NCBI GenBank assembly: GCA_018266765.1
Contig: JAFDZU010000045.1
Coordinates: 6,134 to 70,133, forward strand
DNA length: 64,000 bases
Reading direction: 5' to 3'
Source: Bacteroidota bacterium
GTDB taxonomy: Bacteria > Bacteroidota > Ignavibacteria > Kapaibacteriales > UBA961
Numbering within the stretch: the stretch's first letter is position 1; each line of letters starts with the position of its first letter. Shown piece by piece: positions 19,758-30,194 of the stretch. A program made the translations under genes and the position numbers. The notes under the pieces are model-generated. The model worked only from the letters and a program-made list of their open reading frames with translations, was not told the origin of the DNA and ran no database searches.

Positions 19758-22178
19758 CTATCCGTCCCCGTTTGGAGCTGACTTCTCAGTATTATGCTGC
19801 TCCAAATTCACACGTTTACCAAAAGAATAGCTGACATTCAGATTGAAATACCTGCTTAGTGGCTTGCTATCAGAGCTTACCGAGAAACCATATCCTGAGT
19901 TAACACGTTCACGCCGCTGAAGGTCGAATGGATCAGCCGCCATCAAATTAACTGTAAGAGCATTATCAAGCATTTTATAGATAACATTAAAATTAGAATA
20001 AAAAAAAGTAAGTGCTCTTTCCCCGCCAATAGTATAAGGTGAAACATATCTTCCGCTGATATTGAAGGTTAAATCTTTGATTAGCTCATAACTAATCGAA
20101 CCATTCGCCGAAGCATTTGTGGATTCAGTAGGGAAATCACTTGAAAACGTGCCGCCAATATTCTTATAATTTTGAATACTAAAGTTCATTCTTGCTGAAA
20201 AACCTGTTCGGGTACGATAATTAATTGTACCGTCAATCCCTATGGTTTGAAGCCCGTTATAATTAACAAAACGATTGGTATATATGTCGTTTATCAGTTC
20301 CGAATTCATTTTAATTTCGTCAACTGTCCGTTTGTAATATGGTGAAATTGTAAGAGTAGTCGAGCCAAGAAACGCATTTGCCGATAGTTCGAACGAATGT
20401 GTAAATTCAGGTCTGATATTCGGATTACCGATGGTTTGGCTTGTCGCATTCTCGCGAGTTACTCGTGGATTGATAATGTTTACCCACGGTAATTCTATAC
20501 TTCTATTATAATTAGCAGTGATTTGATATTCTTGTGATAATTTCCACGAAAGCGATGCACTCGGAAAAAGATTTGGATAGGTTCGATTAATTGTCGTATC
20601 TCCGAATGTCGCACCGATGGTAGCATATTCATACCGAGCACCAGCTTGCATAGAAAGTTCATCGGAGAACGAATACCCAACATTAGCATATCCTGCATAC
20701 GAACCATTTTGAGGAGTTACTGATAAAGTTTGAATTGTATCGGTTTGATACATTCCTGTAACGTAATTAAATCGCTGAACATTCACATCACTTGGATGGT
20801 TTTCCGACTCAATTTTACTTCCAAGCTCAAGTGTAATGGCTTTGGTTGGTGAGTATGTATAATCGAGTCTAGCTATAAAAGTGGGATTACTGTCTTTACC
20901 GGTGGAAGTTTGCTGTAATGAATTAATAGAATCTAACCCAAAACTTGGAGAATAAATTGGGCTGTTTTTATATTCATTACGATTACTTGACCAATTAGAA
21001 TGATTGAGGTCAATTGAAATTTTTTGTTCTTCGGAGAATTGATGTTTATAAAGTATTGAATAATTCATCCAATAACCGGAACGATCACTTGATGAAGTAT
21101 CCTTTAGATATTGAGTAATGGCATTGTTTGCGTCGGCTCTTGTACCGTATCCAATGGTAGAATTGCTACCCGGATTCGCATAATAACCCGCAGAAAATGA
21201 TAGAACATCTTTCTGCGAAAGTGTAAAATCAATCTGAGGATTGAAATAATATCCTGTATAAGTTCCTTCATTAAAAACTGATTTACGAATATACTTGAGA
21301 GAAGGAGAGAGTTCGTTGATTCTTACATAATCTGAATTACTGTTATAAATCCCGTGATAAGTTCCAAGATTAGCAGATGCAGTTATTAATGAATCGTTGT
21401 AATAGAAAGTACCTCCGCCATTATATCCATTAATAGTAGATCCGCCAAGATAGAGATTTCCACCAAGATAATCAGTAAGCCCTTTGTCCATAATGATATT
21501 AATAATCCCGCCATTGAATTTTGCATCAAACTTTGCTCCGGGTGCAGTCCGCACTTCAATAGATTTAATATTCATCGAGGGTAATTGTTGGAGCATTTTA
21601 TTACGTTGCTCGGCATCCATTGTAAGTGGACGGTCGTTTATCATAATAATAACATTTGCATCACCTCTTAATTTAATTCCTCCATTTTCATCTACTTGTA
21701 CCGCAGGAATTTGGTCTAATACTTCACTGACTGTATTTGCAACAATGTTTGGATTGTCTTTCACAGAATAAACATTTTTATCGGGTCGAACTTCGGTAAA
21801 TTCACGCCATCCAACTACTTCCACATCGCCTGTTGTGATAGCAGTCTCTTTAAGGTAAACCATTGGTATTGTAAGATTTTCATTGAGAGCTGAAATTTCT
21901 TTGTGATATGGAGCATAGCCAACTCTACGTAGCTCGAGTGTGTATTTCTTATTACTTTGAACTTCTAATTCAAATGCGCCTTGTGCCGTTGTCATTCCTC
22001 CTTTTATGAGTGTGCTGTCGGGTAGGGAACGAACTGTTGCACGAACGCTTCTAATTGGTCGTTTTGTTGAATCGTCGGCTACAGAGCCGGAGATTTTTAT
22101 GGTATTTTGAGCAAAAACTGGTATTGAACCTACTAAAAATATACTTAGTATGGCAATTAGTGTTCTAATTAAAGTCAT
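19758..22178 (-). CDS. TonB-dependent outer-membrane receptor with N-terminal carboxypeptidase-regulatory-like domain
   Basis: Signal peptide. IKISGSVADDSTKRPIRSVRATV (CarbopepD_reg-like), then plug (DVEVVGWRE, TAPGAKFDAKFNGGIINII) and a long beta-barrel. 806 aa. Confidence 0.8.
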   Translation of the reverse strand: MTLIRTLIAILSIFLVGSIPVFAQNTIKISGSVADDSTKRPIRSVRATVRSLPDSTLIKGGMTTAQGAFELEVQSNKKYTLELRRVGYAPYHKEISALNENLTIPMVYLKETAITTGDVEVVGWREFTEVRPDKNVYSVKDNPNIVANTVSEVLDQIPAVQVDENGGIKLRGDANVIIMINDRPLTMDAEQRNKMLQQLPSMNIKSIEVRTAPGAKFDAKFNGGIINIIMDKGLTDYLGGNLYLGGSTINGYNGGGTFYYNDSLITASANLGTYHGIYNSNSDYVRINELSPSLKYIRKSVFNEGTYTGYYFNPQIDFTLSQKDVLSFSAGYYANPGSNSTIGYGTRADANNAITQYLKDTSSSDRSGYWMNYSILYKHQFSEEQKISIDLNHSNWSSNRNEYKNSPIYSPSFGLDSINSLQQTSTGKDSNPTFIARLDYTYSPTKAITLELGSKIESENHPSDVNVQRFNYVTGMYQTDTIQTLSVTPQNGSYAGYANVGYSFSDELSMQAGARYEYATIGATFGDTTINRTYPNLFPSASLSWKLSQEYQITANYNRSIELPWVNIINPRVTRENATSQTIGNPNIRPEFTHSFELSANAFLGSTTLTISPYYKRTVDEIKMNSELINDIYTNRFVNYNGLQTIGIDGTINYRTRTGFSARMNFSIQNYKNIGGTFSSDFPTESTNASANGSISYELIKDLTFNISGRYVSPYTIGGERALTFFYSNFNVIYKMLDNALTVNLMAADPFDLQRRERVNSGYGFSVSSDSKPLSRYFNLNVSYSFGKRVNLEQHNTEKSAPNGDG

Positions 22179-22508
22179 GTATTCTCCAATGATTCATTAA
22201 AAGTGTAATTCGGTTTGGAAACGCTACGGCAGGATGAAGTGCGAGGTTTCGGTTATTAACATTTCTTTGCAATTGAGAGTCAATTTCATTGAAATTCATC
22301 AAATAATTAAGATAATTTAGTATTAAAATATTCTTTCAATTTTCTTTAGGAAGTTATTCCAATTAAATAAATTAACTCAATCATTAGAGCGAAAAAAAGA
22401 CAGTGAAATTATAAAAGTATTTTAAATTAATTAACCTTTGAGGTCACAAAAACGCTGTTAGTGCGTCATAGTGGGCTGTAAATTTACTCATATTCGGACA
22501 ACTAATAC

Positions 22509-24740
22509 GTGCATTCTCTATTTTTAGCTTTTTTATCTTTCATTCGAGTTATAATTTTTAGTTTAATTACAGTTTTTACTCTATCGACTTCATTATTAGC
22601 CGAATCATCAGATTCTACACTTTCTCCACCACGTCTCCCGGCTGTTCCACACAGCAAAAAAACTGATTCCCTTCGAGCTGTTAGACAGTACACAACCAAA
22701 CAAGTAGTGGTTACCGGAACACGAAACGAATCACTATTGCGCGATTCCCCTATTAGGGTGGAAGTGATTAGTAGTGCTCAACTTCAATCAACCTCGATGG
22801 TAAATGCCGCTGATTTATTGAAGGAGCAAACAGGACTTCTTCTTACAACAAACGTCCGTACGGGTATTCAAATGATGGGACTTAGTTCTGACTATACACT
22901 CATTCTTATTGACGGGCAACCGATGGTAGGGAGAATTGCAGGTGTTTTGGAATTATCGAGAATTTCTGTCGGGAATATTGACCGAGTAGAAATTGTAAAA
23001 GGCCCAATGTCATCATTGTACGGAAGTGACGCACTTGCCGGAGTTATCAATATTATTACCAAAAGACCGGCTGACGGATGGGGTGGAAAAGTATATTCGC
23101 AATATCTTGAAAAGGGAGCGGCTGAACTTCAGCTCGAAGGTGGCTACGGAAGTCACGAGGTAGAAATAACCGGATTTTTTAATAGAAAATCAGCGCAGCC
23201 ATTTGAATTAAAAAATGATAGCATGACTGTCCCATATTCAGGTTTTACAGATTACACAGCCCAAACGAAAGGTTTATGGAGAGTATCTTCGGAGGTAAAT
23301 CTAAGTGCTAACGGACGTTTCTTTGAATCCGAAAGTCGAGGTAAATTTACCGAGTCTTTTTTCGGACAAATTGCCTCCAATAGTGGTTCGGTTCGACAGC
23401 GAGAGTTCTCGGGAATGGTCGGCTCGGAATGGACGCATGGCAAAGCACGATTAACAGCTCAATTATATGGTTCAAATTATAATGAACGCTATAATTTTGA
23501 CACAACACAAGGTTCAGCCGGACGTACCGACGACCTCGACAGGCAGATTTGGCGCGGGTATCTTCAATATGATGTGTTCTGGAATTTACGTAATCGCTTT
23601 ACGTTTGGAATCGAAGCAAATTATGATAATACAAGCGGTTCGCGCTATCCTGATAAACCATTCTATAGAACATTTTCAGTGTTCGGTCAATGGGAAGGAA
23701 ATCCTACCGAGTGGATTTCGTATTCATTAAGTGCGCGGTATGTAGGTAATAGTGCATACGATAACCCTTCACTTTCCGGTAAAAAAATAGACAGTTCATT
23801 GCTTACTATGCTGTGGCTTTCCAATCCCAAACTTGCACTTAATTTTAAAATTACTGATAATTTCCAATTTCGTACTTCTGTTGGAACAGGTTTTAAAATA
23901 CCAGACTTCCGGCAACTTTATGTTCAATTTTCTAATCGCCTTTCGGGTACGGGAGGGTATGATTTATTAGGTGCACGACGACTTGGACTTGATTTGCAAC
24001 CCGAGCGCTCTACTGCATTTGATGCAGGAATTTCATATACTTTTTCAACTGAATTTGGTAACAACCCTCTTACAGGCATTGCAGATGTGCGGGCCTTTCG
24101 TAATAATTTATCGAATCTGATTGAATATTATTTTGTTAGTCAAGATCCAATAAGTAATGTTTCCATATATTCTTATCATAATCTTGCTCATGTGTATACT
24201 CAAGGCATTGAAGCTAATTTGAGACTCGCTTTTCATTTTTCTGAGTCACAACTATTAAGTGTGGATTTCGGTTATCAATATCTTGATGCAAACGATGTTG
24301 AAGTATTAGATGCAATTGATAAAAAAGAAGCAATTTACGTTACCGGTGAAATATTAACCCTTAAAAATTACGGTGGATTATGGCTTCGTTCGCGTCATAG
24401 TGGAGTTGCAAGAGTTCAATTTGATGAAAAGGAGTTGGGAATTCGCGCTAATGTACGATTGCAATATGTTGGACGATTCGGCGACGAATCCCTTGATAAA
24501 AATGGACTTGCAATTGGAAGTCCAGCTCGTAAAGTATTAGACCACGATGATGAATATGTACATGGATATTCAATTCTGAATTTTGCTGTAAGTAAGAGGT
24601 TTGAGGGCGAGAATTTCTTGTCAGCTTCAAGTATCGAAACTACGATTGGAGTGAATAATATTTTGAACTCGATGAATTTAAAATCAATTCCATCGCTCCT
24701 TGGTCGTCAGTTTTTTGTAAATTTAGCAGTACAATGGTAA
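22509..24740 (+). CDS. TonB-dependent outer-membrane receptor (BtuB/CirA-like architecture)
   Basis: GTG start with signal peptide. TonB box/plug VVVTGTRNE..DSPIRVEVIS, GPMSSLYGSDALAGVINIIT. C-terminal FFVNLAVQW ends in an aromatic residue. 743 aa. Substrate unknown. Confidence 0.85.
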   Translation: MHSLFLAFLSFIRVIIFSLITVFTLSTSLLAESSDSTLSPPRLPAVPHSKKTDSLRAVRQYTTKQVVVTGTRNESLLRDSPIRVEVISSAQLQSTSMVNAADLLKEQTGLLLTTNVRTGIQMMGLSSDYTLILIDGQPMVGRIAGVLELSRISVGNIDRVEIVKGPMSSLYGSDALAGVINIITKRPADGWGGKVYSQYLEKGAAELQLEGGYGSHEVEITGFFNRKSAQPFELKNDSMTVPYSGFTDYTAQTKGLWRVSSEVNLSANGRFFESESRGKFTESFFGQIASNSGSVRQREFSGMVGSEWTHGKARLTAQLYGSNYNERYNFDTTQGSAGRTDDLDRQIWRGYLQYDVFWNLRNRFTFGIEANYDNTSGSRYPDKPFYRTFSVFGQWEGNPTEWISYSLSARYVGNSAYDNPSLSGKKIDSSLLTMLWLSNPKLALNFKITDNFQFRTSVGTGFKIPDFRQLYVQFSNRLSGTGGYDLLGARRLGLDLQPERSTAFDAGISYTFSTEFGNNPLTGIADVRAFRNNLSNLIEYYFVSQDPISNVSIYSYHNLAHVYTQGIEANLRLAFHFSESQLLSVDFGYQYLDANDVEVLDAIDKKEAIYVTGEILTLKNYGGLWLRSRHSGVARVQFDEKELGIRANVRLQYVGRFGDESLDKNGLAIGSPARKVLDHDDEYVHGYSILNFAVSKRFEGENFLSASSIETTIGVNNILNSMNLKSIPSLLGRQFFVNLAVQW

Positions 24741-24772
24741 AATAATTCATTAACAACTATCGATTTTATACT

Positions 24773-25930
24773 ATGAATAAAAGTAAACGCTACAACAATT
24801 TTGCTACTAAGGCAATACATATTGGTCAAGAACCTGAACAAGTTACCGGTGCTGTAACTGTCCCGCTTTTTCAAACGTCTACATACGCCCAAATTGAGAT
24901 TGGAAAGCATACTGGGTTTGAATATGCTCGCACTCAAAATCCAACTCGATTCGCTTGGGAAGAAAATATTGCGGCACTCGAAAATGGCTTTGCGGCGTAT
25001 GCGTTTGGTAGTGGACTCGCCGCTGAAGATGCTGTTATGAAACTTCTTTCTGCAGGAGACCATGTCGTTTGTGCCGAAGATATGTATGGTGGAACATTTC
25101 GCTTGTTTGAGAAAATCTTTACTCGTTTTGGACTTTCGTTTTCCTATGTTGATATGACAAACTTGGAAGAAGTTCAAAAAGCACTTAGACCGAATACAAA
25201 AATGGTGTACAGCGAGTCACCCACAAATCCTATGATGCGACTGACTGATCTCGAAGCCGTTGCAAAAATTGCCCATGCACATAATGCTTTATTTGTCGTT
25301 GATAATACATTCGCAACCCCTTATTTCCAACAACCTATAACACTTGGTGCTGATATAGTACTTCACTCTGCAACCAAATATCTTGGTGGTCACTCGGATT
25401 TGATAAGTGGGGTTGTAATTACAAGTAAAGAAGAAATTGCTTCGAAATTACAATTCATACAAAATGCGGCAGGAGCAGTACCCGGAGCATTTGATTGCTG
25501 GCTATTACTTCGCTCTGTGAAAACACTTGCTCTGCGTATGCAACAGCATGAACGAAATGCACTTGGAATTGCCAGTGCCATCGAAAATCATAAAAATATT
25601 CATGGGATTCATTATCCCGGACTTGCATCGCATCCGCAACATGAACTTGCTAAACGCCAAATGAGCGGTTTTGGCGGTATTATTTCGATTGAACTTGGTT
25701 CGTATAAAAATGCTCAAACATTTGTTAATAAGCTTGATGTGTTTATTCTCGCAGAATCGCTTGGAGGTGTTGAGTCGTTAATTTGTCATCCGGTTTCAAT
25801 GACACATGGCAGTATTCCAAAAGAACAACGCGAAAAACTTGGTATAACAGAAGGTTTGGTGCGTCTTTCGTGTGGAATTGAAGATACCGAAGATTTAATC
25901 AATGATGTATTGAATGCTCTTGATTACTAA
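24773..25930 (+). CDS. Cys/Met-metabolism PLP-dependent enzyme (cystathionine gamma-synthase/beta-lyase/gamma-lyase family)
   Basis: PLP-lysine motif SATKYLGGHSDLISGVV. Family-typical FESPTNP-like block (YSESPTNPMMRLTDL) and DNTFATPYFQQP. 385 aa. Confidence 0.9.
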   Translation: MNKSKRYNNFATKAIHIGQEPEQVTGAVTVPLFQTSTYAQIEIGKHTGFEYARTQNPTRFAWEENIAALENGFAAYAFGSGLAAEDAVMKLLSAGDHVVCAEDMYGGTFRLFEKIFTRFGLSFSYVDMTNLEEVQKALRPNTKMVYSESPTNPMMRLTDLEAVAKIAHAHNALFVVDNTFATPYFQQPITLGADIVLHSATKYLGGHSDLISGVVITSKEEIASKLQFIQNAAGAVPGAFDCWLLLRSVKTLALRMQQHERNALGIASAIENHKNIHGIHYPGLASHPQHELAKRQMSGFGGIISIELGSYKNAQTFVNKLDVFILAESLGGVESLICHPVSMTHGSIPKEQREKLGITEGLVRLSCGIEDTEDLINDVLNALDY

Positions 25931-25947
25931 ATACAGTACAGTTACAA

Positions 25948-25980
25948 AAAAAAAGCGATCCGTAATGGAGCGCTTTTTTT
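25948..25980. terminator. Bidirectional rho-independent terminator between convergent genes
   Basis: AAAAAGCG-(13-nt loop)-CGCTTTTT followed by a T-run on plus and an A-run on the other side. Confidence 0.55.
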
Positions 25981-25999
25981 GTTTGTTGTAATAACTCAA

Positions 26000-27163
26000 T
26001 TATCGCAATAGTGCATACGCCAACATTGTACCAAGTGAAAAGCGAAGGATTTCCGGTGCCCGATTGACATTTTTTTGCAAGTAATCTACCAAATAAATTG
26101 TTGTAAGAGTAATGGCGATAATTAACAAAGCGGCAAGTGCTGAAACTTCTAAGCTTTGTGATTTTCCGTAATACCTTCCGAAACTTGAAAACCAAGGTGT
26201 GCCATAAATAATAACTAAATGAAGTACATAGACATGAAATGACTTAGCACTCAAAAAAGCATATAACTCACGAAAACGATATAATTTTTTGTGAAACCAA
26301 GCTGTAAACGAGAAAAATATAAATATAATTCCAACACGAATTAGCATAAAAGCTGGATTCGACATCATAAACTCGTGGTTTGGAAGTGGTAATTGACCAA
26401 GCACAAACGCTAAAACACCTGCGACAGCTAAAATAACTAACCCAATTAGTGCACTTTTTTTAAGAAGAAAATTATCTCGTTCAGCAGGTGCAACTTGTTT
26501 AAGGTATGCACCAAAACTAACACCCATGAATAAAAATCCGGCAAAAGGGAATATTGGGAATAGAGAGCCGTGCTGATACGATAAGAATGCACCTACTGGT
26601 TCGGGAAGATACTGAAACCAATCAATTGCATGAACAAAGGGCGTAAGCATGAATATTGAAATAGTTATAATAAGTGCGGCAATTCCGAGTGAGCGAACCG
26701 AATAGAAACTGCGACATAACCAAACAACAAGCAATAGTGACACACCAACTAACTGTAATATATTTGATTGGAAAAATAATTTCCACGAATCATAATTTAA
26801 AAAGGGAAGGTCGAAAATTCTATTGGCCGGAAAAACTAATAAATATCCTACGCTCAGTAAAATTAAAGCCCAGCGAATTCGGCGTATCATTGTTTCTTCA
26901 CCCATTCTACCGGTTGAATCGGGCTTCATGGCAAATACATGAACTGCACCCGAAACCATTAAGAAAATTGGTGCGGTTAGTCCACGAAAAAAATTCCAAA
27001 TATTCCATGGAAATTCTGCGGTATTAAGGAATTGCGGATGTACAAGTGCGTCTATTGTATGACCTTGAACCATCATTATCATAGCAATACAACGAGCCAA
27101 ATCTAAGATAAATAATCGAGAACTTTTGGAAGTAAAAGTTGAATTTTGAGGAGTAGCTCCCAT
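26000..27163 (-). CDS. Membrane acyltransferase, DUF1624 (HGSNAT-like, acyltransferase-3 fold)
   Basis: RLFILDLARCIAMIMMVQGHT N-terminal motif, roughly 10 predicted TM helices. 387 aa. Confidence 0.6.
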   Translation of the reverse strand: MGATPQNSTFTSKSSRLFILDLARCIAMIMMVQGHTIDALVHPQFLNTAEFPWNIWNFFRGLTAPIFLMVSGAVHVFAMKPDSTGRMGEETMIRRIRWALILLSVGYLLVFPANRIFDLPFLNYDSWKLFFQSNILQLVGVSLLLVVWLCRSFYSVRSLGIAALIITISIFMLTPFVHAIDWFQYLPEPVGAFLSYQHGSLFPIFPFAGFLFMGVSFGAYLKQVAPAERDNFLLKKSALIGLVILAVAGVLAFVLGQLPLPNHEFMMSNPAFMLIRVGIIFIFFSFTAWFHKKLYRFRELYAFLSAKSFHVYVLHLVIIYGTPWFSSFGRYYGKSQSLEVSALAALLIIAITLTTIYLVDYLQKNVNRAPEILRFSLGTMLAYALLR

Positions 27164-27365
27164 TGAAACAATATCGCCTATAGTTGTAATTATAAATATA
27201 ATACTACAAAAATCGGAACTCTTATCCTGAAAATCAACTTAATTGTTTTTCATAGAGTTTTAACATTTAATTATTTCAAGGAAATAGAGAAATTGTTAAG
27301 TAGATTTCGAGTGTGTGAGTTGGTCGTAATTTCAGATTAAAATAGATGTATTATTAATTATAAAA

Positions 27366-27914
27366 CTATTTTCCATGTGTATCGAGTTTGCGTTTAATTT
27401 CATCAAGTAAAAGGAATTGCCTCTCTTGCATTGCAAAAAGGGTTTTAATTTGTTCTTCAAGTAACAAGTCCATTTTTTGATGTAAGCTACGGATTTGCAT
27501 TTCAGATTTAAGATTTATCAGATAATCATTTTCACTTCTCATTCTGTCCTTTTCTTCTTGGCGATTTTGGCTCATCATAATAATCGGAGCTTGAAGAGCC
27601 GCAACACACGAAAGAATTAAGTTCATGAGAATAAAAGGATATGGATCAAATTTCCAATATCCAATTGCAAACACATTAAATGTTATCCAAAGTACTAATA
27701 AGATACCAAATAGAATAATAAACTTCCAACTTCCACCGAAAATTGCAACCTTGTCCGAAATTTTTTGACCTCGTGTTAATGTTTCAATAGGAGGATTCAA
27801 AAGATTATAAACTATAAGCTCTTCGGCTTTGATAGTTTCGTCCACTATTGTATGTAATTTTCTCAGATGTTCATTCTCTTCTGATAAAAATTGTTCGATT
27901 TCTTTTGGCTTCAT
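27366..27914 (-). CDS. DUF1003 membrane protein
   Basis: VAIFGGSWKF, FDPYPFILMNLILS, MMSQNRQEEKDR motifs and a C-terminal coiled coil. 182 aa. Confidence 0.65.
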   Translation of the reverse strand: MKPKEIEQFLSEENEHLRKLHTIVDETIKAEELIVYNLLNPPIETLTRGQKISDKVAIFGGSWKFIILFGILLVLWITFNVFAIGYWKFDPYPFILMNLILSCVAALQAPIIMMSQNRQEEKDRMRSENDYLINLKSEMQIRSLHQKMDLLLEEQIKTLFAMQERQFLLLDEIKRKLDTHGK

Positions 27915-27938
27915 TGTTGAGTAAGTATAAAAAATAAA

Positions 27939-29579
27939 TTACTTAATAGACATTTTTGTTTTTACAAACCCTGTAGTCGGGCATCCGATCGTGTAATGAA
28001 TGTCACCTTTTCCCAAAACTAAAAAAGTATGCTGAATCGTGGCTTGAGGAGCGAGCGGTTCGGTAAATAGTTGAATAGCTTTACCCGATAAAATTTTCTG
28101 TCCGGGTGCAAGTTCTACTCTACTTTGAAGTGGACGTAATCCTCTGACTTGTCTGCCAACAACAGTATGTGACGGTAATTTCCCAATATTGGTAATCGAA
28201 ATCGTAACTCTGAATATATCATTTCCAAGTGGTTCAATTTTTTTGGATTCGACAATTAGTTCGGGCATCAATTGAGCAAGTTCAGTTAAAAGGTTTACAG
28301 AACCTTTTACTACTGATACTAAACTGTCAGCCGGAGGGTTGTGCAAAGCAAATGGAGCAAAACCACCGATTTCCACACTCATTCCTGTAAAATCAGGATG
28401 GTCATATTTTTTCCATTGTATAAAATTCTGCGGTGCAAAATTTTGAATCCATCGTAAAGCACGAATTTCATTATCAACTGAGTTTTTTTTATAATCTGAT
28501 GTTTTTTTAGGCGATTCTTTCGTTGTATCTGTTTGAATTGAAGGATACATCCACGCTGGAGCACAGAAACTCAAACGACCACCATGAAAGTATGCCCATT
28601 GAGCAATATCTCCGGCAGGAGGTTCGGCTTTATAAGAATATTGCAGATGTTTTTTGAGTAATGCGGCAGTTTGAGAATAGGCCACAGAATCGGGAGCAAA
28701 GTTATTTCCTGATTGTTGTTCCGGTGTCGATATTTTCCACGATTCATTAATATTATCATAATACTCAAAGGTAAAAACCGCTAAAATATTATTATGGGCA
28801 AAAAGAAATTCACCCAAAGAACGAGCTTCCGGAGAAGAGAATGGATAATTTCCGCCATCTGTTTGGTATGGCTTATATTTGAATGTAAAATTCCGATTAA
28901 CATTAGTGCCACCAATTTCATCTTCATTTACTTTGCCGTCTCGGTCATTATCTTTTCCTTCAGTCAATAATTGATACATACCTAGTTCACCCTTTCGTTT
29001 ATCTGCCCTTTTCATTAGAGCAGAATCTTCAGGATTCAACATCCAATCTCCTAAAGGATCAATTATGCGCATCATTGTAATTTGTCCGTCGGCATTGAGG
29101 TCTTCAGCTCCATCTTCGTCATTTGCACCGTCGTGGTCAGCATCATCAGCTTCTGAATTACCCGGTAACGATATTTTGGGAATTGAGAAATAACCTTCTG
29201 CACCGTCAGGTGATAGTCTGGGGATAGCATAAATCGTTACACGAGCCAGCAAAGATTTTAAAGAATCAGCAGTTAGTGAGCGTATAAATTCAGTAGCGGC
29301 ATACGTTCCAGCAATATCATCAGGTTCTGCTCCTGCTACTACAAGTAGAGCCGGTTTTTCACTACGTTCACCTGTTCCGATTTCGACAGCAAGTATAGAG
29401 CGTCCTCCCGCAGACTTTCCAATTTCTTTCAGTGAAATGATCGAGGAATTCTGTCCTGAAATTTCTTTAAGTGTATATTCTAAAACAGAATGAGACTGAT
29501 AACCGTTTCGCTGTTGAGCAAATGATGTGAAATCTGTAACAATAAGAAAAACTATAACAAGACGAATAAATTTAAACAT
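27939..29579 (-). CDS. Secreted M14-carboxypeptidase-like protein, probably non-catalytic, with Asp-rich Ca-binding-like insert
   Basis: Signal peptide. M14-like NPDG (IPRLSPDGAEGY) and substrate-site GTNVNRNF are present. The HxxE zinc motif position reads AEPDD. DADHDGANDEDGAEDLNADGQ and DNDRDGKVNEDEIGG are DxDxDG-type loops. Confidence 0.45.
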   Translation of the reverse strand: MFKFIRLVIVFLIVTDFTSFAQQRNGYQSHSVLEYTLKEISGQNSSIISLKEIGKSAGGRSILAVEIGTGERSEKPALLVVAGAEPDDIAGTYAATEFIRSLTADSLKSLLARVTIYAIPRLSPDGAEGYFSIPKISLPGNSEADDADHDGANDEDGAEDLNADGQITMMRIIDPLGDWMLNPEDSALMKRADKRKGELGMYQLLTEGKDNDRDGKVNEDEIGGTNVNRNFTFKYKPYQTDGGNYPFSSPEARSLGEFLFAHNNILAVFTFEYYDNINESWKISTPEQQSGNNFAPDSVAYSQTAALLKKHLQYSYKAEPPAGDIAQWAYFHGGRLSFCAPAWMYPSIQTDTTKESPKKTSDYKKNSVDNEIRALRWIQNFAPQNFIQWKKYDHPDFTGMSVEIGGFAPFALHNPPADSLVSVVKGSVNLLTELAQLMPELIVESKKIEPLGNDIFRVTISITNIGKLPSHTVVGRQVRGLRPLQSRVELAPGQKILSGKAIQLFTEPLAPQATIQHTFLVLGKGDIHYTIGCPTTGFVKTKMSIK

Positions 29580-29603
29580 ACATTAACAGTAAATTTTGAA
29601 TAG

Positions 29604-30179
29604 TTAGTGTAATAATCGTAGATAATCTTCTCTGCTTTTACTGAGGGTTTTACTGCGATAATTCGTTACATCCCACTGTACATATTCGATAAAACGATAC
29701 CCTCGTTTAGTGTAATAATCTAATAAGTGATGTGCATTTTCAGATGTGTCAAGTGCGATTTCAGTTGCGCCAAATGCAGTAAAAGCAAGTTGCTCTGCAA
29801 TGTTAAGTAATATTGAACCTAATCCACTTTTTTGAAATTCAGGAATCACTGCAAACTGACCAAAATGTGATACATGGCTCTGTTCATAGAATGCAGTTCC
29901 ACTTGTCCAACCGGGGAAATTAACGGTAATTGTTCCTATGATTTTTGATTCTGCGATAGCAACAATACAAAGTGCGTTTGTTAATGCTCTGCTTCGAGTT
30001 ACTTCTTCATCCTGATGTGTTGCCATAAATCTCATTCCCATTTCTGCAAGTTGGCGATACGATAGATGAAGCATTTTAGTCATTTCTACAAATGAGTCCT
30101 TGGGTAATAATAGCCGAACAAGAATTTCTGTATTATTGATATTTACCAAAACAGGCAGTATTTGATCATTGGGTATCAT
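29604..30179 (-). CDS. GNAT-family N-acetyltransferase
   Basis: QFAVIPEFQKSGLGSILL acetyl-CoA-binding motif A. Confidence 0.75.
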   Translation of the reverse strand: MIPNDQILPVLVNINNTEILVRLLLPKDSFVEMTKMLHLSYRQLAEMGMRFMATHQDEEVTRSRALTNALCIVAIAESKIIGTITVNFPGWTSGTAFYEQSHVSHFGQFAVIPEFQKSGLGSILLNIAEQLAFTAFGATEIALDTSENAHHLLDYYTKRGYRFIEYVQWDVTNYRSKTLSKSREDYLRLLH

Positions 30180-30194
30180 ATAAATTGAATAACT

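Noticed and set aside
22179-22508. Cobalamin, TPP or SAM riboswitch in the leader of the plus-strand TonB-dependent receptor
   Set aside because: I could not find a B12 box (GCCACTG), a THI box (CTGAGA) or a SAM-I core by eye. The possibility is kept only as a low-interest item to check with covariance models.
22502-25177. Minus-strand ORFs 22502-22699 and 24707-25177 overlapping the TonB-dependent receptor and PLP-enzyme genes
   Set aside because: They are antisense to or overlapping well-supported genes. No motifs. Likely spurious.
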